Assembly (NCBI GenBank): GCA_023399355.1
Contig: JAEWQC010000006.1
Coordinates: 8,422-72,421 of the forward strand
Source: Bacillota bacterium
GTDB lineage: Bacteria; Bacillota; Clostridia; Acetivibrionales; DTU013
DNA: 64,000 nt
Direction: 5' to 3'
The translations under genes were made by a program, and so were the position numbers. The first letter of the stretch is position 1, and the number at the start of each line of letters is the position of its first letter. The notes beneath the pieces are model-generated. The model saw only the letters and a program-made list of their open reading frames with translations. It was not told the DNA's origin and ran no database searches. Positions 19,218 to 28,525 of the stretch are shown here, in pieces.

Positions 19218-19250
19218 TAATATAAAATATCAAATAAACCGGAGGTAAGT

Positions 19251-20195
19251 ATGATGGGTAAGAAAATTCTAGTTGATTTAAGTCATCCTTTTAGTGCGGA
19301 TATACCAGTGTGGCCGTATTTTGCAAAACCTAAAATAGACACCATGCACAATCTTGCAAAAAGTGGCGTTTTAACTCAGAAAATTGACGTTGTCATGCAC
19401 TGCGGCACACATGCGGATGCCCCGCGTCATGTTATGGAATATGAGTTTGATGGCAAACGTGCACGTTATACACATGAGCTTCCATTGGACGCTTATTATG
19501 GCGATGCGGTATGTTTGGATATCCGTGTTGAGGATTGGGGACTTATTAAACCGGCACATCTTGAAGATGCTTGCAAACGTGCAAATATCAAACCAGAAGA
19601 ACTCAAGGACATGGTTCTTTGCTTAAGAAGTGGAATGCATCTGAAATTTGATGATAGCAAGGATTACTATCATTATTCCTGCGGATGCGGCAGAGAAGCG
19701 GGAGAATGGTTTGCAAAGTACCATCCGAAATGCGTAGCGATGGATATGCAGGCCCTGGATCATCCTCTTCACACGACTATGGGCCAAAACGGGCCTCCGT
19801 CAATATCAATGGATCTCGCAGGCAAGTCGGGCAGACCGATTTCTGAAGAATATACCGAGAAATTCGGGATTGAAGCATATGCGGAATTCCACAAACCTAC
19901 CTTCATCAAAGTATTTGGAAAAGAAAGGTATATGCGGGCGTATGACAAACTGGAAGCAGCCGGTCAGCCCGGAACCTGGGAGCCGTGTCACAAGCTCATG
20001 ATGGGCAACGGCATTGTCGGTGTGGAAAACCTCGGAGGAGACCTTGACAAGGTCGTAGGAAAACGGTTCAAATTTATGGCATTCCCAATCCGCTGGTATC
20101 TTGGGGATGGTTCCATGGTCCGCTGTGTTGCTGAAATCGACGAAGACGATCTGAATCCTGTTCCCGATAGAACCTACAGATACGGCGGGTTCTAA
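19251..20195 (+). CDS. cyclase-family metal-dependent hydrolase (kynurenine-formamidase-like)
   Basis: 314 aa; GGAGG RBS. The signature HCGTHADAPRH (HxGTHxDxPxH) is present. Confidence 0.75.
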   Translation: MMGKKILVDLSHPFSADIPVWPYFAKPKIDTMHNLAKSGVLTQKIDVVMHCGTHADAPRHVMEYEFDGKRARYTHELPLDAYYGDAVCLDIRVEDWGLIKPAHLEDACKRANIKPEELKDMVLCLRSGMHLKFDDSKDYYHYSCGCGREAGEWFAKYHPKCVAMDMQALDHPLHTTMGQNGPPSISMDLAGKSGRPISEEYTEKFGIEAYAEFHKPTFIKVFGKERYMRAYDKLEAAGQPGTWEPCHKLMMGNGIVGVENLGGDLDKVVGKRFKFMAFPIRWYLGDGSMVRCVAEIDEDDLNPVPDRTYRYGGF

Positions 20196-20278
20196 ATAAG
20201 TTCGGGCTGCTTCTTCTGAAGTTTATTCAGGAAGTATGCGCAGACATGAATCAAAAATTTCAGGAAAGGAAGTAATCA

Positions 20279-21112
20279 GTGTTGGGAGAATTTGATAATA
20301 AAGTAATTTTGACTGTAGCCACAACAGGCGCCTGGCCGTCAAAGCAGGATAACCCCAATATACCCCTGCAGCCGCGTGAGATAGCGGACGAGATCTATGC
20401 TTGCTGGAAGGCGGGAGCTTCAGTCGCACATATACATGTGCGGGACGACAACAACAAATCGTCCATGAGCTTTGAAAAATTCAAGGAAACCGTAGAATAC
20501 ATCCGTGCGACTGACTGCGATATCGTTATCAACCTTACCACATCCGGTCAGCTTGGACTTGCGGATGAGGACAGGATGAAACACATTATTGCGTTGAAAC
20601 CGGAACTGGCTTCCTATGACTGCGGTTCAATGAACTGGCTGCACACATCCGTATTTGAGAACAGCCCGAAATTCCTGGAAAAGCTTGGCGTGGTGATGCA
20701 GGAGAATAACATCAAACCTGAAATCGAAATTTTTGACACCGGAATGATTTATAATGCGCTGTATTACCTTAAGAAAGGCATACTGAAGGCGCCGCTCCAC
20801 TTCCAGTTCGTATTGGGCGCCGCAGGCGGAATGGATGCCACGGTGGAAAATTTGGTTTTTCTGAAAGGATTGATCCCTGCCGGATCAACATGGGGAGCGC
20901 TCGGAATAGGAAAAGGACATCTGCCGGTCATGTATGCGGCACTTGCGCTCGGCGGACATTTAAGAGTTGGCATGGAGGACAATATTTATTACTCAAAAGG
21001 CGTTTTGGCAAAATCAAATGTTGAATTTGTCGAAAGAACAAAACGCATTGCGCGTGAATTGAACAAAGAAATTGCAACGCCTGACGAAGCAAGAAAAATA
21101 TTGGGCTTGTAA
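20279..21112 (+). CDS. beta-keto acid cleavage enzyme (BKACE / DUF849; 3-keto-5-aminohexanoate cleavage enzyme family)
   Basis: 277 aa; GTG start after [40 protein letters not shown] and the C-terminal [14 protein letters not shown] closely track the Kce sequence as I recall it. Confidence 0.85.
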   Translation: MLGEFDNKVILTVATTGAWPSKQDNPNIPLQPREIADEIYACWKAGASVAHIHVRDDNNKSSMSFEKFKETVEYIRATDCDIVINLTTSGQLGLADEDRMKHIIALKPELASYDCGSMNWLHTSVFENSPKFLEKLGVVMQENNIKPEIEIFDTGMIYNALYYLKKGILKAPLHFQFVLGAAGGMDATVENLVFLKGLIPAGSTWGALGIGKGHLPVMYAALALGGHLRVGMEDNIYYSKGVLAKSNVEFVERTKRIARELNKEIATPDEARKILGL

Positions 21113-21180
21113 CATATATTCATATTACGGTTGCTGGACTATTTGTGCCGCCGGCGACAGCGGCGGAATGGAGAATTTGT

Positions 21181-22365
21181 ATGGGAGAAGTTGTCATTAT
21201 CAGTGCGGCCAGGACTCCGGTGGGCAATTTTGGAGGGACTCTCGCGGGCCTTTCCGCGGTGGAATTGGGAAGAATTGCGGCGGAAGAGGCTATAAAAAGG
21301 GCGGGAATAGATAAGAAAATTATAGATGAAGTGATTATCGGGAATGTGCTGTCAGCCGGGTTGGGACAGAATCCTGCAAGGCAGGTTTCGGTCAATGCCG
21401 GATTGCCGCTGACGGCAAGTGCGTTTACAATAAACAAGGTTTGCGGATCGGGCTTAAGGGCGATCAGTCTGGCAGCGCAGATCATCAAAGCGGGCGATGC
21501 GGATGCGATACTTGCAGGCGGTATGGAAAGCATGAGCAATGCGCCGTATCTTTTGAACAAGGCAAGATTCGGCTACAGGATGGGAGATGGCACTCTTGTG
21601 GATTCCATGACCCAGGACGGACTCATGGATACATTTAATCATTATCATATGGGTATTACTGCGGAAAATATTGCTGAGAAGTGGAATATTACAAGGGCCG
21701 AGCAGGACGAATTTGCAGCTGCAAGCCAGCAGAAAGCTGAAAATGCCGTTAAGACAGGAAGATTCAATGATGAAATAGTGCCTGTGATGATTCCGCAGAA
21801 AAAAGGAGATCCGACCCTGTTTGACACGGATGAGTTCCCGAGATTCGGGACAACCTGCGAAATACTGTCCAGGCTCAGGCCGACCTTCAAAAAAGATGGA
21901 ACTGTTACTGCCGGAAATTCATCGGGCATTAATGACGGAGCTGCCATGATGATCGTAATGGATAGTGAAAAGGCTGCAAGGCTCGGACTTAAACCGATGG
22001 CAAAGATCGTTTCATACGACTCCGCCGGATTGGAGCCGGAAATCATGGGCTACGGGCCGGTGCCATCGTCAAGGAAGGCGCTTATAAAGGCCGGGCTTAG
22101 GGTTAAGGATCTTGATCTTGTTGAAGCCAATGAGGCTTTTGCAGCTCAAGCTCTTGCAGTTATGGCGGATCTGGAGCTTGATCCGCAGAAGGTTAATGTA
22201 AATGGCGGAGCCATAGCTCTTGGACATGCGGTCGGTGCATCCGGTGCACGGATTACAACTACGCTTTTGTATGAAATGCAAAAGCGCAAATCCAGATATG
22301 GTCTTGCAACCCTTTGCATAGGGGGAGGGCAGGGAACGGCATTGATCGTGGAAGGCTGCTGGTGA
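21181..22365 (+). CDS. acetyl-CoA C-acetyltransferase (thiolase II)
   Basis: ORF 21145-22365; start ATG 21181. [22 protein letters not shown] (active-site Cys), [24 protein letters not shown] and CIGGGQGTA. Confidence 0.9.
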   Translation: MGEVVIISAARTPVGNFGGTLAGLSAVELGRIAAEEAIKRAGIDKKIIDEVIIGNVLSAGLGQNPARQVSVNAGLPLTASAFTINKVCGSGLRAISLAAQIIKAGDADAILAGGMESMSNAPYLLNKARFGYRMGDGTLVDSMTQDGLMDTFNHYHMGITAENIAEKWNITRAEQDEFAAASQQKAENAVKTGRFNDEIVPVMIPQKKGDPTLFDTDEFPRFGTTCEILSRLRPTFKKDGTVTAGNSSGINDGAAMMIVMDSEKAARLGLKPMAKIVSYDSAGLEPEIMGYGPVPSSRKALIKAGLRVKDLDLVEANEAFAAQALAVMADLELDPQKVNVNGGAIALGHAVGASGARITTTLLYEMQKRKSRYGLATLCIGGGQGTALIVEGCW

Positions 22366-22450
22366 ATCTGAAACAGTGCAGAATTTGAAAGGCGGCGTGC
22401 AACCCGGTTTGCCGAATAACCTCCGCCGCTCAACTTAATTTGGAGAAAAA

Positions 22451-23677
22451 ATGGTGAAGAATAATAAAAATGCGTGGCTGGTTTTATGGATGGCAACAGG
22501 TATCAATTTTGTCGGCGGCATGCTCTATATTTGGAGTGTAATCAGCAAAGGCCTGATCAATGAGCTGCGCTGGACAAGTAAACAGGCATCTTTGCCGTAT
22601 ACAATTGCAATCATCTCATTTGTTGTTTTCATGACCGTGTTCGGGAAAATTCAGGATAAATACGGTCCGAAACTCACGGCTATGTTTTCTGGAATATTTA
22701 TAGGCCTTGGACTTATTCTCTCCGGTTTTACTACAAATCCGGCCGTGATGGTACTGACCTTTGGTCTGATTACAGGCGCCGGTATAGGAATATCAAATAT
22801 TTCCACTACTCCTCCGGCCGTAAAATGGTTTCCGCCTGACAAAAAAGGTATGGTCACAGGTATTGTCGTTGCCGGAGTAGGCATTGCATCTGTTTTTTAT
22901 TCTCCTCTGGCTAATTACCTTATAAAAACCATCGGGATTTCAAAAACATTTATTTATATAGGAATTGGCGCCCTTGTACTGATTCTGACAGGGGCACGGT
23001 TCCTGACAAATCCACCCGGGGGGTATGAAGCAGGCGGTATTAACGGACAAAACCGTTTAGGGCAGGATTCATCAGGATTTGGAAGAGATCTGAATTGGAG
23101 AGGCATGTTAGGTCGCCCTGATTTTTATATGTTGTGGCTGATGCTGGCATTTTCTTCATCAGCAGGTCTTATGATTATAGGACATGCCGCAAACATTACA
23201 AAGATCCAGGTACACTGGGAAGGCGGATATATTCTGGTTATACTGCTTGCCATATTCAATGCAGGCGGAAGGCTGCTTGGCGGAATTATATCAGATCGGA
23301 TCGGACGGATTCCGTTGATGCGTGTAATATTTATCCTTCAGGCACTGAATATGTTGTTTTTCTCAAGGTATACTACTATCGTGCTGCTTGCGGGAGGAGT
23401 CGCACTGGCGGGATTTTGTTACGGCGCCACATTTTCCATATTTCCTGCCACTGTGCTTGACCTGTATGGAGTAAAAAATTTCGGCTCGAATTATGGGCTG
23501 ATAATGACAGCATGGGGTTGCGGCGGCGTAATAGGGCCGATGGTTGCGGCAGTATCCGTGGATTCCGCGAAGACATACAATATTGCATATTTGATAGCGT
23601 GCATACTTCTGCTTGCTGCATTTTCCATAACATTTCTAATGAAACATAAGAATGTCTCTAATAATGTGATTTTATGA
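22451..23677 (+). CDS. MFS transporter (oxalate/formate-antiporter-like subfamily)
   Basis: 408 aa with about 12 hydrophobic segments and a central hydrophilic loop (GGYEAGGINGQNRLGQDSSGFGRD). GGAGA RBS. Confidence 0.8.
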   Translation: MVKNNKNAWLVLWMATGINFVGGMLYIWSVISKGLINELRWTSKQASLPYTIAIISFVVFMTVFGKIQDKYGPKLTAMFSGIFIGLGLILSGFTTNPAVMVLTFGLITGAGIGISNISTTPPAVKWFPPDKKGMVTGIVVAGVGIASVFYSPLANYLIKTIGISKTFIYIGIGALVLILTGARFLTNPPGGYEAGGINGQNRLGQDSSGFGRDLNWRGMLGRPDFYMLWLMLAFSSSAGLMIIGHAANITKIQVHWEGGYILVILLAIFNAGGRLLGGIISDRIGRIPLMRVIFILQALNMLFFSRYTTIVLLAGGVALAGFCYGATFSIFPATVLDLYGVKNFGSNYGLIMTAWGCGGVIGPMVAAVSVDSAKTYNIAYLIACILLLAAFSITFLMKHKNVSNNVIL

Positions 23678-24124
23678 TCAGATCTATTTTTTCAGAAATA
23701 GGAACCGATGCATTATTTTTGATGTTCGCACTTTTGAATCTTGTTCTCGTGTTAACAGGAAAACGGCTTAACCGGATTATGATGCCACTGTTTATGTGTT
23801 TTATTGTCTGTATCAATTTTTTGATTTTATCATGATGAACAGGTGGCCCGAAGTTATCTTTGATCAAGTAAACAGTAATTTTTTTACCGGCTTCCTGCCT
23901 TATATTTTACTGGATATTGTCGCCCTTGTATACTTTCTGAAATCCCACAGGGTAAAAAGCACCTTTTTGGAATAGGATCGACTGCAGCCGCCAAAGGTCC
24001 GGCCAGTCGGTTGAGGCATCATTTTACGCCCGCAGCGTGTTGAGAGAAAATGCAACAATGACTTAGGTATTGTAAAAAAGTATTAATAGGAGTTGAAAAT
24101 AATTCATTTGTTTGATAAGCTAAA

Positions 24125-24215
24125 ATGGAAAGTAAAAAGGTAAACTTGTTGAAAGACAAGGGCACAAAGCTGCGAGCCTAAAGTGAAAGCCAGGGTAGTC
24201 GGGTTGCCACTGCAT
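24125..24215 (+). promoter_or_regulatory. candidate c-di-GMP-I (GEMM-I) riboswitch aptamer
   Basis: Five blocks occur in the same order as in the Vc2 aptamer as I recall it: GGTAAAC (24139-45); hairpin CTTGTT-GAAA-GACAAG (24145-60); GGCACAAAGC (24161-70); GCCTAAA (24176-82); GGGTAGTCGGGTTGCC (24193-208). ATG..AGT (24125-33) can pair with ACT..CAT (24209-15) as P1. Confidence 0.6.
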
Positions 24216-24235
24216 AAAACAGTAATAAAAGTCGT

Positions 24236-24258
24236 AGCTGTTACACCACGGCTTTTTT
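24236..24258 (+). terminator. short intrinsic terminator (riboswitch expression platform candidate)
   Basis: AGCTGT (24236-41) pairs with ACGGCT (24248-53), including one G-U pair, and runs into a T6 tract (24253-58) about 30 nt before the kinase GTG start. Confidence 0.4.
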
Positions 24259-24291
24259 CATTTGCATGGACAATCAGGAAAGGTTGATTCT

Positions 24292-27200
24292 GTGACTGAA
24301 AAAGTAAACAAGAAGCGTATATTACTGCTGTCCGGCATGGTTGCTGCAATTATTGCTTTTATATGCATATTCAGCTTCTCAAAAGCTGACATTAACCGGG
24401 TACACACTGAAACCGGGGTACTGGACCTGCAAAACCGTGAGCCGGAAGAAAGCAATGTTTTGAGCTTATCCGGCAAATGGGAGTTCTACTGGGAACGCTT
24501 TGTATCCCCCAGGGAACTCGCGTCTGACAGCTTGGCACCGGATTTGTACGCAGAGGTGCCAAAAGTCTGGAACAGCTACAAAATCAACGGCAAGGGTCTG
24601 CCGGGCTTCGGCTATGCCACTTACCGGCTCAAGGTCATAAATGCCCCGGCAGGTGAGCCGCTGTCCCTGAGGATTCCTACCTTTTCCACAGCTTATGCTT
24701 TGTATGTCAATGATCGCCTGCTTGCTTCCAATGGAAAGGTTGGTGCGGACAAGGAGCATTCTTCGCCCGGATACCAGCCTCGGGTGGCGGAGTTCACGCC
24801 GGAGGAATCCAGCTTCGAAATTATCGTTCATATCTCCAACTTCACCTATGCAAGGGGCGGGATGTGGTATGCTATCAATATGGGTACGCCGCAGCAAATC
24901 AGGGCAATGGATAAAGCCATTGCGGACAAGGACCTGTTTCTGTTCGGCGCCCTGTCTGTCATGGCCTTTTATTATCTTAGTATTTTTCTTCTGCGCCGCG
25001 AGGACAGGAGCAGCCTGTATTACGTATTCATGTGCCTCATCTTTGCCAGCCGGACAGTGATCTATGGGGATTTTCTGATTTACAGGCTGGTACCGTTTAT
25101 CAGCTTTGGATCGATCGTCGCCATAGACTACATCACCTTATGCTGGTTCCCCGTTTGCGCCGCTTTTATGTGCGGATCGCTGTTCCCGGAAGAAAGCGCG
25201 AAAAAGATTTTGAGAATATTCTTTATTTATGCCGTGTCCTTCACGCTGCTGTTCCTTCTGACTCCAATTTCATTTTACAGCGGGCTGGTCTACATCGTAC
25301 AGGTATTTTCAATTCTTATCGGAGCTTATGCCATTGCAGGCATAACCGCAGCCTTCCTGAAAGGCGGAAAGGACGCGCCGGTCGTATTACTGGGAGCGCT
25401 GACGGTCATTATTTGTGCTGTACACGATATGTTGTTCCAGAACAATATCCTGCTCAGCAATATAGGGGAACTGGTGCCTTTCGGATTATTCGTCCTTCTT
25501 CTTCTGCAATCCTTCGTTCTTGCAAGGCGCTCTGCGGAGGCATTCAGAAATGTCAGCGGGTTGTCTCAAAAGCTGCTTCGGCTGGATAAAATCAAGGATG
25601 AATTTCTTGCAAATACCTCCCATGAGCTTCGTACGCCTCTGAGCGGTATCCTTGGCATCTCGGAGGCCATGCTCAAGGGCAGTGACGGGGAGATGAGCAG
25701 CCTTCAAAAGAAGGATCTTGCCGTTATTGCCGGCAGCAGCCGCAGGCTGGCCAATCTGGTGAACGACATCCTTGATTACTCTAAAATGAAAAACGGGGAC
25801 ATTCTGCTAAATATTCGTTCCATACAGATAGAGGGCTTGATTTATACAGTCAGGAAAGTATTTCAACAATTGAGTCAATCAAAGGAATACGAAGTCATCT
25901 CCGATATTCCGCAAGACCTGCCCCCGGTGATGGCAGACGAAAACCGGGTAGTTCAGATCCTCTACAATCTTGTGGGAAATGCCGTGAAATTTACCGTCAG
26001 AGGTCGCATAGAAATATCGGCAAAGATAATGGGAAGTATGGTGGAAGTCTGTGTCAGCGATACGGGAGAAGGAATTCCGGAAGATAAGCTGGAAGACATC
26101 TTTAAACCCTTTGAACAGGTAGATACATCTCTTACACGCAGACATGGCGGCACCGGACTGGGTCTTCCCATCACAAAGAAACTTGTGGAATTGCAGGGAG
26201 GCAGCATCCGGGTCGAATCCCATCCGGGGTCTGGTTCCAGGTTCATCTTTACGCTGCCGTTGGCGGATGTATCTCCGGCAGCTTCAGATCAGGTCATGGA
26301 AGATAGCGGGTCGGATATGATGGTGCAGGAATTGGGCGTATCTCTTGAAGAAGCGCCTGGTACGACGAAAAAAGCGGAGGGGGGCGTTCGCGTTCTACTG
26401 GTGGATGATGACGCGGTTAATTTGCAGGCCGCCGCATCCACCCTCCGGTTGGGCGGCTATGGTGTCGTAACGGCTGGCAGCGGCAAAGCCGCCCTGGCAG
26501 AACTGGAGAAACATCGGGAGTATTCGATTGTCCTATTGGATGTAATGATGCCGGAAATGTCCGGCTATGAAGTGTGCAGGAAGCTCCGCGAAAACAGGTC
26601 TCTCTTCGATCTGCCCGTGTTGATTCTGACTGCCAAGGCTTCCACGGAGGATATTGTAATGGGCTTTGAAGCGGGAGCAAACGATTACCTGCCAAAGCCG
26701 TTTGAACCGGAGGAACTGCTGGCAAGGGTCAGGACCCTCACCGGGCTGAAGGCTTCCGTGGACAGGGCGATGGCTGCGGAGGTTGCTTTTATGCAGGCGC
26801 AGATCAAGCCCCACTTCCTGTTCAATACCCTCAACGCCATTTCATCCTTCTGCGACAGCGATACACAGCGGGCCCAGCAGCTCATCGACGATTTTTCCAA
26901 TTACCTGCGGCAATGTTTTGATTTCAAGAGCCTTGAAATGTGCGCACCGCTGGAAAGGGAACTTAGCCTGGTGAACTCTTATGTGGAGATAACAAAGGCA
27001 CGGTTTGGAGATAAACTTAGAGTGGAATTCGACATTGACAATAGGATAAAGACCCGGATTCCTGTGCTTTCCATACAGCCTCTGGTTGAAAACGCCATCA
27101 TTCACGGCCTCAGGAAAAAGGGCGGTAAAGGCACCGTCACCATAAGCGTGAAAAAGGTAGCGGAAGGTGTATTGGTCAAAGTGGAGGATGATGGTCAGGG

Positions 27201-27372
27201 TATCCCCGCCGACAGGCTTGAGGCAGTGTTCCTGTCTGAGGCGGAGCAAGGGATCGGACTTTGGAATATAGATACAAGGCTGAAAAAATTGTTCGGGAAA
27301 GGGCTTACCATAGAAAGTGTGCCGGGAAAAGGCACCAGGGTAGCCTATGTCATCCCGCCGGAGGTGGATTGA
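24292..27372 (+). CDS. hybrid sensor histidine kinase: 7TMR-DISM sensor + HisKA/HATPase + REC + second LytS/YehU-type His_kinase/HATPase
   Basis: ORF 24262-27372. The TTG at 24262 lies inside the terminator T-tract, so GTG 24292 after AGGAAAGG is preferred. Domains in order: extracytoplasmic WEFYWERF...YATYRLKV... domain; seven TM helices; FLANTSHELRTPLSGILG (H-box); NLVGNAVKFT...DTGEGI...GGTGLGL; receiver VLLVDDD...LLDVMMPEMSG...LTAK...KPF; then QIKPHFLFNTLNAISSF and PLVENAIIHGL...GIGLWNIDTRL (PF06580-type core). Confidence 0.85.
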   Translation: MTEKVNKKRILLLSGMVAAIIAFICIFSFSKADINRVHTETGVLDLQNREPEESNVLSLSGKWEFYWERFVSPRELASDSLAPDLYAEVPKVWNSYKINGKGLPGFGYATYRLKVINAPAGEPLSLRIPTFSTAYALYVNDRLLASNGKVGADKEHSSPGYQPRVAEFTPEESSFEIIVHISNFTYARGGMWYAINMGTPQQIRAMDKAIADKDLFLFGALSVMAFYYLSIFLLRREDRSSLYYVFMCLIFASRTVIYGDFLIYRLVPFISFGSIVAIDYITLCWFPVCAAFMCGSLFPEESAKKILRIFFIYAVSFTLLFLLTPISFYSGLVYIVQVFSILIGAYAIAGITAAFLKGGKDAPVVLLGALTVIICAVHDMLFQNNILLSNIGELVPFGLFVLLLLQSFVLARRSAEAFRNVSGLSQKLLRLDKIKDEFLANTSHELRTPLSGILGISEAMLKGSDGEMSSLQKKDLAVIAGSSRRLANLVNDILDYSKMKNGDILLNIRSIQIEGLIYTVRKVFQQLSQSKEYEVISDIPQDLPPVMADENRVVQILYNLVGNAVKFTVRGRIEISAKIMGSMVEVCVSDTGEGIPEDKLEDIFKPFEQVDTSLTRRHGGTGLGLPITKKLVELQGGSIRVESHPGSGSRFIFTLPLADVSPAASDQVMEDSGSDMMVQELGVSLEEAPGTTKKAEGGVRVLLVDDDAVNLQAAASTLRLGGYGVVTAGSGKAALAELEKHREYSIVLLDVMMPEMSGYEVCRKLRENRSLFDLPVLILTAKASTEDIVMGFEAGANDYLPKPFEPEELLARVRTLTGLKASVDRAMAAEVAFMQAQIKPHFLFNTLNAISSFCDSDTQRAQQLIDDFSNYLRQCFDFKSLEMCAPLERELSLVNSYVEITKARFGDKLRVEFDIDNRIKTRIPVLSIQPLVENAIIHGLRKKGGKGTVTISVKKVAEGVLVKVEDDGQGIPADRLEAVFLSEAEQGIGLWNIDTRLKKLFGKGLTIESVPGKGTRVAYVIPPEVD

Positions 27373-27373
27373 A

Positions 27374-28462
27374 ATGATCAGGGCGATTGTTGTGGATGAT
27401 GAACAGCCTTCCCTTGACAAGCTGGATAAGCTGCTGAAGGACAGCGGTCTTGCAGAGATTGAAGGAAAGTTTACCGAGCCGCTGGCTGCATTGGCGTTTT
27501 TGCAGGAAAACAAGGTGGATGCCGTATTCCTGGATATAGAAATGCCGGAGATAGACGGTATTGAGCTCTCAAACCATATTGCCGACCTGCAGGCGGAGAT
27601 TGCCGTTGTTTTTGTAACGGCTTATAATCAGTATGCGGTGGAGGCCTTCCGCCTGAATGCCCTTGATTACCTTATGAAACCGGTATCGGCTGACAGGCTT
27701 GGTGAAACCCTTTGCAGGATCATAAAAGAAAAAAGCATTCCTGTAAGTTCCGGAGAAATCCATGTCCGTTGCTTTGGCGGATTCAAAGTGGATATCGGAA
27801 TGAAAGATGTGAAGTTCCGCACCGAAAAAGCGGAAGAACTCCTGGCCTTTCTGATTGACAGGAAGGAGACTTTTGTCAGCCGGATCGAAATCATTGACAA
27901 CCTTTGGGAGAATTTTGACGGAGACAGGGCACTCATTCATTTCAACACCACACTTCATTATGTTAAAAAAGCATTGCTCCCACATGGAGTCCGCATATCC
28001 ATCCTGCATGAAAGAGGATGCTACAGACTTGATGCGGCAGGCCTATCCTGCGATTATCTGAAATTTTTGGAGTTTGCGGAAAAAAACAAAACTGCCGGAC
28101 AGGAAAACATCCTGAAATATGAAGAGGCGGCAGGCCTTTATACGGGAGAATACCTTTACGGTCTGGAATATGATTGGGCGCTGGCAGGAAGGCTGCTGCT
28201 GGAAGAAGAATTCATCCGTCTGCTGCTTGAAATGTCGAGGTATTACACAGAGACAGGCGACAATCAGAAAGCCGTTAAATGGCTGAAATCAGGCCTGCAG
28301 AAGCAGCCACTCCACAGAGAGCTGAATTACAGGCTGATCGAAGCCTTACTTCTGACCAATGAGCGTATGCTGGCTGTAAAGTATTATGAGATTTACAGGA
28401 ACGGCTTGAAAAAAAAGCTGAAAATAGAAGCGGATGATGAATTTAGGAAACTATTCCAATAG
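27374..28462 (+). CDS. response regulator: REC + OmpR/SARP-type winged helix + BTAD
   Basis: ORF 27347-28462. ATG 27374 follows GGAGGTGG and lies 1 nt after the kinase stop. IRAIVVDDEQ...FLDIEMPEIDG...TAYNQYAVEAFRLNALDYLMKP is a LytR-style receiver. VRCFGGFKV...AEELLAFLI is a SARP-like DNA-binding domain. The TPR-like BTAD tail is YTGEYL...WALAGRLLLEEEFIRLLLEM. Confidence 0.8.
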   Translation: MIRAIVVDDEQPSLDKLDKLLKDSGLAEIEGKFTEPLAALAFLQENKVDAVFLDIEMPEIDGIELSNHIADLQAEIAVVFVTAYNQYAVEAFRLNALDYLMKPVSADRLGETLCRIIKEKSIPVSSGEIHVRCFGGFKVDIGMKDVKFRTEKAEELLAFLIDRKETFVSRIEIIDNLWENFDGDRALIHFNTTLHYVKKALLPHGVRISILHERGCYRLDAAGLSCDYLKFLEFAEKNKTAGQENILKYEEAAGLYTGEYLYGLEYDWALAGRLLLEEEFIRLLLEMSRYYTETGDNQKAVKWLKSGLQKQPLHRELNYRLIEALLLTNERMLAVKYYEIYRNGLKKKLKIEADDEFRKLFQ

Positions 28463-28525
28463 TGCTGCACTATCTCCTTACAGGACTACAAAATAAATTT
28501 TAATATATCTCAGATTTTTTTTACG

